Shown: in pieces, positions 13,201-25,659 of the stretch
Layout: every line of letters begins with the position of its first letter
Position numbering within the stretch: the stretch's first letter is position 1
Source: Tubiluchus corallicola
Taxonomy: Eukaryota > Animalia > Priapulida
Reading direction: 5' to 3'
Assembly (NCBI GenBank): GCA_030141605.1
Contig: JAQGDQ010000159.1
Location: forward strand, 372,001-436,000
DNA length: 64,000 nucleotides
Program-made: the position numbers and the translations under genes
The notes under the pieces: generated by a model
The model's input: the letters and a program-made list of their open reading frames with translations, nothing else
Told to the model about the DNA's origin: nothing
The model's database searches: none

Positions 13201-16200
13201 GTCATGAAATATTTACTGATCAGCTTCGACGTTCAACTTCGATGGCAAAACACATGTCATAACCTGGCTTTAAACTCATATTTAAATTTAAGTTGGAAAA
13301 GAAGTTTGCACTGTTTCTAGGTGTTACTTAAACGATGAAATGGTGCAAGGTAATGGCGACATAGCAGCAGTCATAGTAATAATTTATATAAACTGAATGT
13401 GTCTGTAAGCAGCTTTTTCGACTATAATTACAATGAACTTGACGCTAGATTATTTAAAATGGATATCACGATGTTTTGGAAAAACTGCCGTTGTTAGTTG
13501 GCAGCTATTTCCTAGGTGTGTGCTGGCACAGAAGGAACGAAACATTTAATTTTAGTAATTTTAGCAAATTTACAATACCAAAACAAACCTCGAAAGCCTC
13601 CCCATACGCAGTGAGCATGCAAACCTTAGACCTATCTTTCATTTAGCAAAAAATTGATCATCCCAGGTTTGTGAGGTTGATGCCCTTGTAGCGCAAATTT
13701 GTTCTTTGATGCATAAAGCCTGGATCGATAGATGAGGTTTATGCACACACTCCTGTAAAGCTATGCCAGGTGATGTTAGTATAACCTAAATCAACTTGTT
13801 TTAAGCTTGACGTAAGCAACGTACTAATTCTCGGTAGTTCAAAATTAATTTTGTTTCAGTAGTAAACTTACTGTAACCGCTTATTAGTATTTCTTTTTAT
13901 TGCCAGGGGTATCAAAAATAGACATATTTAAAATGTATATATAAAACAACTTATCATTATGTAGTTTTTTTCGTAGCATATGGATATGCTTAAAAGCCTT
14001 TTAAGTTTTTTTGAAATAATGATTGAACTCATCTAATGAATAAACTCTTCAGTTCAAAACGCATAAACCGTGACAACTGCTGTAATTAAAAACACCAATA
14101 CTTGACCAGATCTAGCTGCTACCTTATAAATCTTTAATGAATGTTCTTAACTTTTCTTAAAAAATTGTCTTTAATGATGCTTCTTCAACTATCTTTAAAG
14201 ATTGTCTTTAATGATGCTTCTTAACTCTTTTTTAAAAATTTGTCTACTGCTACTATGGTGCTATTGCGATCACCGTTACCGATGCTGCCCCGTGCTGTTG
14301 CTTTTGTCGTTTGATATGGTTAATGTTGATATGGTCATCATCAATATCCCTGCTCTTTCATTTGCTGAAGCTGCAACTACTAGATCGCTAATACAAAAGT
14401 CCCGCTGTTTCATATAGAAACTATAGTGTTTGTCCTATATTGTAGGAAATTACGGGAAGCCTCTGGCTTTTTCCCATAGGCAAATCAGTGACATACTTGC
14501 CACTAAAATGTACAACAACTATTATTCTGTAATGGCTGACTAACCTAAATAACGAGTGAAACAGGATATGTCAAGCTAATAAAATAAACATTTACTGCAA
14601 CTGATTCTGTAACAGCCAACCTTCATCATTATAAAAATTACGTTTGTACCTAGAAAATTACACTATGCTCTGCTCTCAATAAACTGTTGTTATCCACGGC
14701 TATGGACAATCGTTTTACATGTATTACATTTATGATTTATGCGCAACTGCGTTACCAAATTTGTTCATTAAATTTGTTAAGAACGGTTAACTTGCATTTT
14801 TTGCCTCACATCTCTTTCGCTTAATGATTATCATACGGCAAATCTCCTCAGTTTGCTCCTCTGCTCTCAACTGCTCGTATAAGATTATGTATGCCCTTAC
14901 TGTATAACACTTCCACTTAGATCCCCAGGATTGCCACGTTGTTTCTCTCTTGCTATATAGTTACTGAGCACAGTATATGTGTTAAACTGTATTTCCACCT
15001 AAAATGTCTTAGCTGTTCTAACGTACACTTGCGTTGTGAATTCATCAATGTAAATCTCCTCTATTTAGCGCTTCTTACTTGTTCGGCCGAACCTTACTAT
15101 GGGAAGAAATTAGGTAACTTCAAGACACTGTATCACAAAGTAGCTGGGGAAGTGTACGCTTTGGATGATAGCACCCTGTTTATAAAGAACTTCATGTATG
15201 ATGGCACAGCTCCTGGTAAGTCTCTCAATAGCAAGTTGATCAGAAAGCATTTTCGTACAATGTAGACCGTATTAGGTCCCATAATGGTTTCATACTTGGT
15301 GGGATCTTGCATCTCAGTATAGGCTACGGTGGTTACTCTTTGATGGTAACACTGGCAATGATAATAGTAATGATTATGTGATAATGTTGAAATGTTGATG
15401 TTGATAATGAAAGGTAGTAACAACGATGATGCAGAATATTTTAGATGATGTTTGTTGCACTGATAAGAGAAATTTGCTTGGGTAATGTTGTTTGTATTGG
15501 TTTTAGCGGCTTATTAGTAACAGTATAATTGTTATTTCAGTACTAGTCACAAATTATCTATAGGCTACTCCCGTATTTATGCGTTCGTATAATATAGGCA
15601 GTAATACTGTCATGTGAAACGCAAAAATAGCAAACCCTTTCCTGTGTTTAGCTACTACCACGCCTGCCCTACTAATTTAGTATAGTTAAAGATAGTTATT
15701 TCTTCGTATTACACATAGATGCCTATTTCTGGGTGGGTAGCACCTCAACTCCAGACAAAAGAGGAGTGATTGTGCCGGATGAAAAAGGAAGGTTGGTATA
15801 ACTCCTTAATATTTTAATTACGTGTTGTCATTAACCGCTATTATGGTTGACCATTAACCACCAAACTGGATGACTAACCATGCTCTCAAAAAACACAGAT
15901 TCCTAATTATGGCTGGAGGAACAATTACAACTAACCATAGGGCTGATGCAGTGCTAGGCTGTTTCCAAGAGCAGTCCAGAGTTGCTGTAAACCTTTCATT
16001 GAGGAACTCGTCCTAATTGTTGGATGAGTTGGACTCTAGCCCTAATCCTGTCAGTGGAGTTAATGTATACTTTTTACTAAAAACTTGAATGTATAATTCT
16101 CAGCCACTTGCATATATAAGTACGTACACACAAGTGGGTTGTAAATGTTTACAATTTTTTTGTTTACACTTTTTAAAGGTGTGTATAGGTTTCTGTTAAG

Positions 16201-19200
16201 AAACATATAGTCTACAGTATTGTAATTTGTTTATCGCAGTGAAAGAAAGGCCTTACAAGTCGCAAAATTGCTTTTATTCTTGTATTACTTGTTTAGGTCA
16301 GAGAAACTGGGTGAATACACGGGAAATGATCTGATTCTCATGCTACCTGGGAAAAAGCTGAGTGAAATAAAATGGCTGTCTGTTTGGTGTGAATCTTTTG
16401 CGGTAAATGCTGAATCTGCTGATTTTGCTAAACAGAGATTGTTACTATAAAACTGTATGTATATCCGACTGGTTAAGTTCCCAAATCACTGAAATCAGCT
16501 GAATAACAGTGAATATCTTAATGAATCTCACTTATGATATAACTATAAAATTTAATGCAAATAAATTTAAAACACCTTTAAATGGTTTAGAATCATTAAT
16601 TATGTTAACTGATCTATTTATACAGGTTGATTTTGGCAATGTAGTATTTGGCACCGTCGCACCACCAATGCAGAAAACAGTGACAGGTTATCCTGAAGGC
16701 GGTGGACATAAGGTCGCATCTGGTCCAATTACGTTCTTGAATGAAAAGTCGGTGAAAATCGAAGACTTCATCTATGATGGCAATGCACCAGGTGAATAGT
16801 TGAATGCAAACACTGTTTCTTAAAATAAAGTATGTGGCTAGTTTGCTTGTTAGTGTTCTCCACAAGAAGCTTATGAACTGTAGTTTTATTGTACTGTACA
16901 GTACACTGGAATAATAAGGCTTTTAGAGTACTTTTAGAGAGAAATAAGATCTGTAAGCATGGGTGCCACAAACAAAGGCCTACAGATGCTGGCAAACTTT
17001 TCATTGCTGTTAAAAACAAAGCACTAGCATCTCATTTAGTGAGAACTACTGACTGAAAAACTCTTGATATTGCTTGCTTTGTAGATGCATTTTTTCTTGT
17101 TGGAAAAGGAAGTCCTTCAGCTACAGGAACGAAAGTGCCAGACGAAACTGGAAGGTAAGCAAGAAACTCAGAAACGCAGCCTGTTAATAGCATCCAAGAA
17201 ATGATGCGCAGCAGACATTAATGGTATAACAGATTCCATTATTAGTAAGACAGATGTTTGTTATGTAAAGCTTTTATAAACGTCTGATATTTACATGTTA
17301 TTTTTCTCATTTTTTAGCCTTACACCTCTGAAAGAATACAAAAGTAAAACTATAACTCTTACTCTTCCTGGAGAGTTGACCTTCTTTGACATCGATTACA
17401 TCAGTGTTTACTGCATCCAATTTACTGAGAATTTTAATAGTATTACTGTACCACAGGAGATAAAACAACCTGGCGTACTGGTTTCCTCATTGGTATGTGA
17501 CTCTGTGAACTTAACTAAGACTCACTTACTGCTGCCAGTCATTATCATAGATTCACTTCATCTCGTATCTCATTTGTTGGGCAAGGTTGCTTCATGTACT
17601 TTCATTTGCAGCATCTACAGCATCATTGACCAATTTTGTATCCATTCTACCTTTACTTAGAGTTCATATAGTTACTAGAGTTCAATTTTTTACTGAGAAG
17701 ATGTACAAAATGTGGCAAACCAAAACCATGACTCCTTTAGCTCATGTTCAAATTGATAGCTGGATAGCAAGTAACCAATACCAAAAAATTAAAAATATAT
17801 GAGAAATCAGAAAATATAAAACGCATATTCTATGGTTACATTTTTACATTAATAAAAATGTATTTTTAACGTTAATCCTATGAATTTTATTTAGGCAGGT
17901 GATGGAGAACCAATGATGAACTGCGAGACAATGTTGGAGAAAAACCTTAATGTTGCTTGGAAAATAAAAGATAACTTAATTTCTTTTACACTTAGTGGAC
18001 AAGTAGGTAAGCAAGGCAGTGCATTTAACATCTCCATAGGTTTTTTTGCTTTACAACTTTTTATCTGATTTTTTTTCAGATCTTCCAAAGGAGCTTACAA
18101 ATTAGTATCATCATTCAATAATAATTATTATCATGTAAAATCAGGCTTTAAAATTTACACAAGTTTATGCTCTAGCAGTGTGGTGCTCTGACAAATCTGA
18201 TTTTGATATGAAAATTCCTGAAAAGAAACTTCCACTACAATTATAAAGCCTTTTTGCTAACACTTTGATAAACTTTTTCACTCTGACAATAACACATTCA
18301 AAAAACTGTAATTATAGAAATGCATATGAAATGACTTAAAATCAGTGGATAGCACACTGAACCCACTCAGTATTGATACCAAATCTTTAAAAGCACATAA
18401 ATGATACGGGTATTCAGAAGCTAAAGTCAATTTTTCGCTTAATAATGGTAAAAATTTTAATGTTTTAAATTAAAATATTAATTTGAAGGTTGCTGTGTTT
18501 TTGTTCATGTTTTAAATTGAACTATTAATTTTGAATGTTGCTATATGTTTTTATTGTAGCTCCAGGTGAGTATATGTCATTTGGCATAAGTGGATCAAGT
18601 ACAAAATCAGCCATGGAAGGTGCAGACGTTATTGCAGCTTGGATAGATGAGGATACAAAGGCAGCTCGTGCTGTAGACTACAGAGTTAAAGACTATAGCT
18701 TGGTATGTATTACAAGTGAGATTTTGATATAGAAGCATATGACAAACAATATCAGACATGATTTACCAATACTTATGCAGTCTCAGAAAACAACTGCTGA
18801 CTGCTTTTAGTTCTTGGAGAACAAACACTTTCAGATCTCTTTGCCTACACAAATATTGAAAATATGAGCTAGCAGAAGATCAACGAAGTTGAAATGGCAC
18901 TATAACAACAATGCTGCCACCTCTCAAATAGGATGTAGTTGTTAATAATCACATAAGATTTTAGAAAATAAGCTTGGAAATCAAATTTATTTGTAATGCA
19001 CTATTAAACAATTTTCAGACAAAAATATAGTCTATAGTACTAGAGACATCAAAATTCATTTAGATAACATCATTTGGCATTTTAAATGAATTTATGCGTG
19101 GTTAAACGCCTGATTTTATTAAGTTAATTGTTTTTACAATACAGAAAGATTTTGAGTGGCTGTATCTTTGATGGGCGATTAAAGCACAAAGAATGAGTTT

Positions 19201-22200
19201 TTTTGTTTTTGACAACTAATAGTACCAAATGTATGCTTTCCAAAAATTACTTGATTGACAATCACGGACCTCGATAATGTAGAGGAAAATTTCTGAAGAA
19301 ATGCAAAATAAGTGCAACACAACATTCATCAGTTCTTACTGTTTCACAGTGTTCAAATGGCAATGGTGTTTGCCCAGATGATCTTGTAAATGGGGTACAA
19401 GATGCCATCCACGTACAAGGAATTCATTTCAGTGGAGTAACGACAATTTCTTTTGACCGACAACTGGACACGGGTAATTGTTTGATACTGATAAAATTCA
19501 AAGCAAACTTATTAGTGTTAGTCACAACTAATACTAGAGGAATTTAGCGGGTGAGACCGTGAAAGTCCTATGCATAATATTGTAACGGATCCGGGTCCTT
19601 TTCAGGCGCCGATCCGTCTCCTCAGAATGTATCGAGCGGCATACAAGTTATGAAAGTACTACAGCAGACGAGAAAAGTAAAAAGATACGGAATGCGAGTG
19701 TAAATTTAACTTTATTGCACAACCGGTAACTCCAAAAGAATGACACGTGAACAGACTTTTGTATAAAAAATCAGCAAACCTACAGCAATCACCTTTACAG
19801 ACAGAAAGGCCAGGTTGGAATCGTCAAATTACGGCATGCATTCTGTTTTATACAGGTACATTTGCATTACTGGGCTTCTCGACTATACCCATTACTAACA
19901 TTATGGGGTTAGTCAAAACCCGTCTTCGTAACACTACCCCTTCCTCAATTTCCATTTGTCCACAAATGAGTTACAGCAAATGCAAATGCAATTAAATTTT
20001 ACTCTAGTTGAACCCAACAAAAGTCATTCAAAGTTGAGCAAATCAGTTTAACAAAATAATCAAAATTGTAAATAGCACTAGTACAAATATGTAAAATCCC
20101 GGCTTTAGCAAATCTATCCAGGTTTATGACAGCATAAAACTGAAAACGGTGAGTTGATAATCCTTTTTCCTGTGGGAACAGATCAATGATCCACTTCTTG
20201 TGAGTGCAGTGTATCGATATCTATCGAGACTGTCCCAAAAAACAATACAGTCAGTCTTAAACAGAAACCAGTCTTTGCACAGCACGCTATCGGCAAAACA
20301 GGCCTTGAAACGAAAAAGCATTCTACTAGTTACTTCCGAGGCACTGAGACAACCTCTATGATGTGGTACATTGTGAACAGTCTATAGAAGTTCTCCTGGG
20401 GCGTCGGTAGGGATTCGAACCATCTGTCTGCCCGGTGAAATAAAGTAGTTGCGATACTTGCGAAGGTGTAGGGTACTCCAGCCATGTGCTACAACGGTAT
20501 TGTACTCCTAGCCATAAACCATGTCTTTGACGGTACTCCATAATAGACTCGTGTCCGTCATAATAGACTCGTGTAGCAATCGAAGTTTCGAACTTGGCTT
20601 CCCTGAGTGAACGAAATAGGCATACTGACAAGCTTACTGCAACAGACTCGGCACATACAGAGGAATAAAGACGAAACAAATTTACAAACAAGGTACTGCT
20701 GTACAACAACAACGGCAAAGTAGAGAAAAACGATTAATCTTTTAAACTGCTTCAACGTTCTGGCTTCGCAAAAGCTACCGAAAACCGGTTCAACTTTGAC
20801 CAGTGACGTACAGTTAAAAAGACGAGCATCAAGTGTTCACAACTGCATAATCTTAGCTAACTGAACACAACAGAGCCCCATGTTGAAAAGCGTGTTCTGG
20901 CATCTCTAGCCATTACGGAACACTAAACTACCATTAAAAAACAGTGTTCTGGCATCCTAGCCATTACGGAACACTAAACAACCATTTGTTCTGGCATCCT
21001 AGCCATTACGGAACACTAAACAACCATTTAAAAACAAGTGTTCTGGCATCCTAGCCATTACGGAACACTAAACAACCATTTAAAAACAAGTGTTCTGGCA
21101 TCCTAGCCATTACGGAACACTAAACTACGGTGACTCGCTATACATGCAAAGTCACAAAATGGCTGTACGTCTCCTATTCCTAAATACAGGCTAATATCGC
21201 CTCATTGGGAACTCGATAAAAACATAGAACTGTTTAAGCTAAGGCCGATGCTGCCTGTCGCATAAAGGCCGTTCAATTGCCTTTCAACATAAAAGGTAAA
21301 AACACGAAACTGTCTACAAAAACACAAAAAACACGCCGAGTAGTACAGACAAGCTGTCTGCCTAAAGCAAAATGCAGCACTCACCAAACCCAATAATGTC
21401 GATCCATTCCAGGCGGCAATTTCGGATCCCACTTATGTGCACCAGTGTAACGGATCCGGGTCCTTTTCAGGCGCCGATCCGTCTCCTCAGAATGTATCGA
21501 GCGGCATACAAGTTATGAAAGTACTACAGCAGACGAGAAAAGTAAAAAGATACGGAATGCGAGTGTAAATTTAACTTTATTGCACAACCGGTAACTCCAA
21601 AAGAATGACATGTGAACAGACTTTTGTATAAAAAATCAGCAAACCTACAGCAATCACCTTTACAGACAGAAAGGCCAGGTTGGAATCGTCAAATTACGGC
21701 ATGCATTCTGTTTTATACAGGTACATTTGCATTACTGGGCTTCTCGACTATACCCATTACTAACATTATGGGGTTAGTCAAAACCCGTCTTCGTAACAAT
21801 ATGTTCATCTTGCACATCTAAAGATCAGCAAAGTATGAAAATTTATACATGTTTGCATTCCTCCCATAATTAGGAACAATTACGTTTTTGAACAAAACAT
21901 GGGAAGTGACCCAAAGACAGCATGCAAAGCATTGCAGTTGCATTTTGAAAAAAATAAATGCAATTTTGAAGCTAGGTTGCACAGCTGGAAAATTATTGCA
22001 AGTTGAAAGATTGTAAATCTGTATTCACTGTTTGTTTTCAATCTTAAATTCATGTACAGATGATGTAAATGTGTCTCTGCGTTATAATAGTTTATATATT
22101 GCACTCTTTGTTTATGTAGGAGACAGTATTGACATCCCATATATGACAGATGGTACAAAGCAGTATATCGTCTGGGCTATTGGACCTATAAATGACGATG

Positions 22201-25200
22201 GATTAGTGGTAAAGCATACAAAAAGGCTCACAGGTTTTTATTTTTTCTAATTACAGTGTAGCACTTACACACATGTTTACACAGCTGCAGCAACAACTTT
22301 TACAATTGATAAATTTGAGATAATTTTTTTATTTGGTAATTTATGACAAGTTTACATTTTTTCAACTATAGCTGCTGTGTGTTTTTTCAATTTATTTTTG
22401 TATAAATGAGCTATAGTACTTCAGTACAAATTTAAAATTGGCACAAACTGACTACCTCTATTAAGTCCACTCATATTCATTATTACCTGTTTATATACTT
22501 GCTGTTGAAGGATATTCTCAATAAATTTCTCTTAATTAAAGGTAGTAAAGTATTAAACTTTGGACGCAAACCAATGGCAAACTGTAAACCTGTAGAAGGA
22601 GTAGACAAAAAAGAACTGCAGGGGTGGCCTGCTCCATCTATCTCTGGTGAAAACACAAAAACTTTTACAATCACATTGGGGCCCCCTGGTGGAGAACGTG
22701 GATATGAGAGCATTACAGGTAAACAGTTTTTCTTAGTAGTTAGTCTTAATATTGCCAAATTGGTTTCAAAAATGAAATTTATCAATATAAATAGATAACC
22801 TTGACTTCAACTAACTTGTAACATGGTAAAACACTTGTTCTTGTCTTTTTTGAAATAACAGTAATTAACAAAACAAGTCTGCCATCTCACTGCCACATTA
22901 TGCTTTCTGTGCACTTTAGATTAAATCCTTTGATCTCTATCATGACTTCAGTCATCACTTTATCCTGGCGTTTTTTACTATATTTATGACACGTCTCTCA
23001 AACAGGTGTATGTAGTTATATTTTTGCATCTGAAGTCTTAGCCCAAGGTCAGATTTTCATTTACATCAACAGCCCAGCATACTCAAGTTTACAAAACACA
23101 AAATTTGGTCAAAATTTTATCTTTACAGACCGTACTTACGGTTCACATATTATTTTAATTCATCTGTGAAGGACACCAAAACCATAGAAACAACTTTAAT
23201 ACAATACTGGCCTGATTTCATAATTTATTCATCAAAGCAAGCTTTTTCATTGACTCCCATGGTTCATAAAAATGCCACTTTACATTCAGTTAATGTTGTC
23301 CACATTGAAGCTTTATTGACAATGAATAATAACAACAAAAACTGCAATAAAAATGACAATGACAGAACAGCAATACTTTAATACTATGACACTGCTTCCA
23401 CAACAGCAAATTTGTTATCACCTTTTGATCTACTTTTTTCTGTTGTTAAAGTGAAAGACCATGACATTTACAGTGTTTCTATGTTTACAGGAAGGCCATC
23501 TTGGGGCTACGCATTTTATGTCAATGGCTTGTTAATACCAGAAATTTATCTCACTAGAGGAGAAACGTATGAATTTGTTGTCAACACAGGTGATAATGAA
23601 AATGTTCCTTCTGATTACCATCCAGTATATTTTGCTACAGATCCAGATGGTGGATATGTAGGAAAAAATGCCACGGAAAAACAGGTAAATCAATTTCTAT
23701 AAGGCAGTATAATGAGCAAAAACTAATGTTTTAAATTACCTGCAACAACTCTTGTCAATGCACACTGGAAAGCCAAACATTCTTCAGCTAATTGCTTCTT
23801 AGTAAATAAAAACTATAGGTCCACTGTTTGCACCAAGGTTCTTTTCTAATTAAAATACTGAGATCCAAGTTGTAGCATGTAGTCGTATTATAAACACGCT
23901 TCTGCAAGAATTGTTTGTCTATATCATGCCTGTCTATGAACCTTACAGGTTATTAGGTATATAAATAAGGCTTCTTTTCAGCTTAGCCTGAAAAGTTTTT
24001 GAACACACTACAAAAACACTATTTTTTAATTTTTTTTCTAGCAAATACGTGTTCTGGCAGGCATAGATGCTGCAGGTAAACCAAAGCCAAATTTCGGTAA
24101 GTTCTGTCTTGTTCTACTTGTGCTAGTGTAGTTTAATTAATTGGTAGAATTAATACACCTACATAATGCACCTTACAAACCCTCACATTTACTTTAGAAA
24201 TACTAACCTTAGTATTTCTAATCTTATATTTGAATAAATCATATTAGAATTATAAAATACCTCAAATACCTTATAAGTTACTGTAATAAATTCTTTCTCC
24301 TTACAGTTGGGAGTCGCTGTGAGTTTGCCACTAGTAACGAGGCACCTCCAGAAGAATATTCTACTTTTATGGACTATAAGAAAGATAATTTAGAACAAAA
24401 ATGTGTTCAGCCCAAACGCTCGGGAAAATTTAAATTCACACCAAACAAAAACACTCCCTCGTTATTTTATTACCAGGTAAGAAAAAATATTGTGTGTAAT
24501 ACTGAAACGTTTGTAATAGTAAATGGCAAGATGTGACACCGTCATACTGTTATCATGGCATTTTCGCAATTTGAGCTACACAACTTTTAAACTTTAATTC
24601 CTAGTGCTGCTACTGCCCTTCTGTTCAAGTTTTTGCTAACATATTTTTCTTGACATTCATTTCTTAATTGCTTTTACTTGGAATAGAGAAATTAGACAGA
24701 TTATACTTTCTTTAGTTGAACTGATTTGCTGTAAAATGTAAAAAATGCAATCAGTTACCAAATTTTCTTTGAATAAAACATGTCAACATTAATAGGTCAG
24801 CACAACCTGCTATTTCTGATAGAATAACTTATTTTTGAGAAAATAAAAAAGATTTACTTTGCTACCAAGCAACTGAGATAAAATGATAAGAATGATAGGT
24901 CCCCCCTAATCACATTTTTCAATGAAAAAGTTAAAAAGTACATGGATGACTACCTATATAATTCAACAATGCTACACTACCAAAAAAGTTCATCCTAGCT
25001 TGTGAAAAAACCTAATTGCTCACAATGAGAATACATGTTTAATTGATGGTCCTACTTTCAGTGCTGGCAACACAAGTATTTTGGCTGGAAGATTCATGTT
25101 GTGGACAACTGGTCAGAAGTACCAGAAGAACAAAGTCAACAGCGAATCACAACAACCCCTGGAAGTGCGGCAACAACGATTGGATACTCCACACTTCTTG

Positions 25201-25241
25201 TGTCATTACTACTGACAATTTACATCATTCATCATTCTTAA
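10277..25241 (+). CDS. Knickkopf/Skeletor-family extracellular protein: signal peptide, 2x DM13, DOMON, C-terminal domain, GPI-anchor-type tail (about 680 aa, 16 exons)
   Basis: Exons joined in frame via GT-AG: 10277-10313, 15069-15215, 15719-15791, 16297-16402, 16626-16791, 17085-17154, 17318-17492, 17895-18006, 18560-18702, 19350-19473, 22120-22233, 22542-22718, 23491-23684, 24042-24096, 24307-24476, 25062-25241 (2043 nt). N-terminus MTWYLNFVFLITALLTCSA-EPYYGK reads as a signal peptide; DM13 motifs (FMYDGTAPDAYFWVG, IKWLSVWC; FIYDGNAPDAFF, IDYISVYC); DOMON motif (YMSFGISG...MEGADVIAAW); GPPGGERGYESITG, LFYYQCWQHKYFGWKIHVVD; hydrophobic tail GSAATTIGYSTLLVSLLLTIYIIHHS*. Exon 1 is the least certain (4.7-kb intron). 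Confidence 0.9.
19581..19933 (-). repeat. 3' LTR (353 bp)
   Basis: Identical to 21446-21798 except one C/T (gacacgtg vs gacatgtg); minus strand has TATAAAA and AATAAA in U3-R order. Confidence 0.95.
20892..21120 (-). repeat. Tandem array of five 31-nt hairpin units (period about 52 nt) inside the LTR element
   Basis: Unit gtgttctggcatcctagccattacggaacac at 20892, 20944, ~20986, 21038, 21090, linked by 12-21 nt A/C-rich spacers. Confidence 0.95.
21426..21444 (-). promoter_or_regulatory. Primer-binding site, tRNA-Leu-like
   Basis: TGGTGCACATAAGTGGGAT one base inside the LTR; resembles the complement of the tRNA-Leu(CAA) 3' end (TGGTGTCAGAAGTGGGAT) with mismatches. Confidence 0.7.
21446..21798 (-). 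repeat. 5' LTR (353 bp)
   Basis: See paired LTR; followed on the minus strand by the PBS. Confidence 0.95.
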
Positions 25242-25632
25242 CAATGTCCTTTTTCAAAGTATTTGTGGTTATATACTAGTGACTGATAAACATTAACTTG
25301 TGATAATTCTTACAAATTAGTCATCGTACATTTCTGTTAAAGTATGCAGTTTGTTTTTTCTAAATTTACAAAAAAATTATTTGCTGTTAAATCAAGATTT
25401 TTTTTGTAACAACAAAGCACTTATCATTTGTACAGAAAATTATGTAAACATTGTCATAAAGCATGTGTGACAGCAGGTGTAGGTTGGATGGGTTTTTTAT
25501 TTTTGTTGCTCGAGGTGCTTAAAGATAGAAGAGGCTCGGCTGGTTCTTAACTTACTTGAAACTGTCAAGTGGTTAGTGGTTGCTTGTGCTGCAGTGCCAC
25601 CTTGGCTGAGCAAAGAAATGCTAAATATGGAG

Positions 25633-25659
25633 ATATATATATATATATATATATATATA
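25633..25659. repeat. (AT)n microsatellite
   Basis: About 13 AT units. Confidence 0.95.

Larger units (their letters stand above)
19581..21798 (-). mobile_element. Non-autonomous LTR retrotransposon (TRIM-like, probably Ty3/gypsy-mobilised), 2218 bp, antisense in intron 10 of the DM13/DOMON gene
   Basis: Direct repeats 19581-19933 and 21446-21798 with TG...CA ends; 4-bp TSD ATAT (19577-19580, 21799-21802); minus-strand PBS TGGTGCACATAAGTGGGAT next to the right LTR; minus-strand PPT GAGGAAGGGGTAG at 19934-19946; no gag/pol recognisable inside. Confidence 0.95.

Noticed and set aside
13433-13550. Alternative first coding exon for the DM13/DOMON gene
   Set aside because: Gives no signal peptide in the required phase; 10277-10313 fits much better.
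19581-19630. Hammerhead ribozyme in the LTR (retrozyme), from CTGAGGA...GAAA on the minus strand
   Set aside because: Stem II is out of register and stem I cannot form; a simple hairpin explains the sequence better.
20892-21120. CRISPR array
   Set aside because: Spacers are short and nearly identical, there are no cas genes, and the context is a eukaryotic LTR element.
19747-21821. ORFs in the LTR element (82, 65, 120, 76, 69 aa) as gag or accessory genes
   Set aside because: Mostly non-ATG starts and no recognisable motifs; the duplicated ORF only reflects the LTR repeat.
22234-22541. Second U12 intron (ctcttaat before AG)
   Set aside because: Donor is GTTTTT and the motif is too close to the AG.
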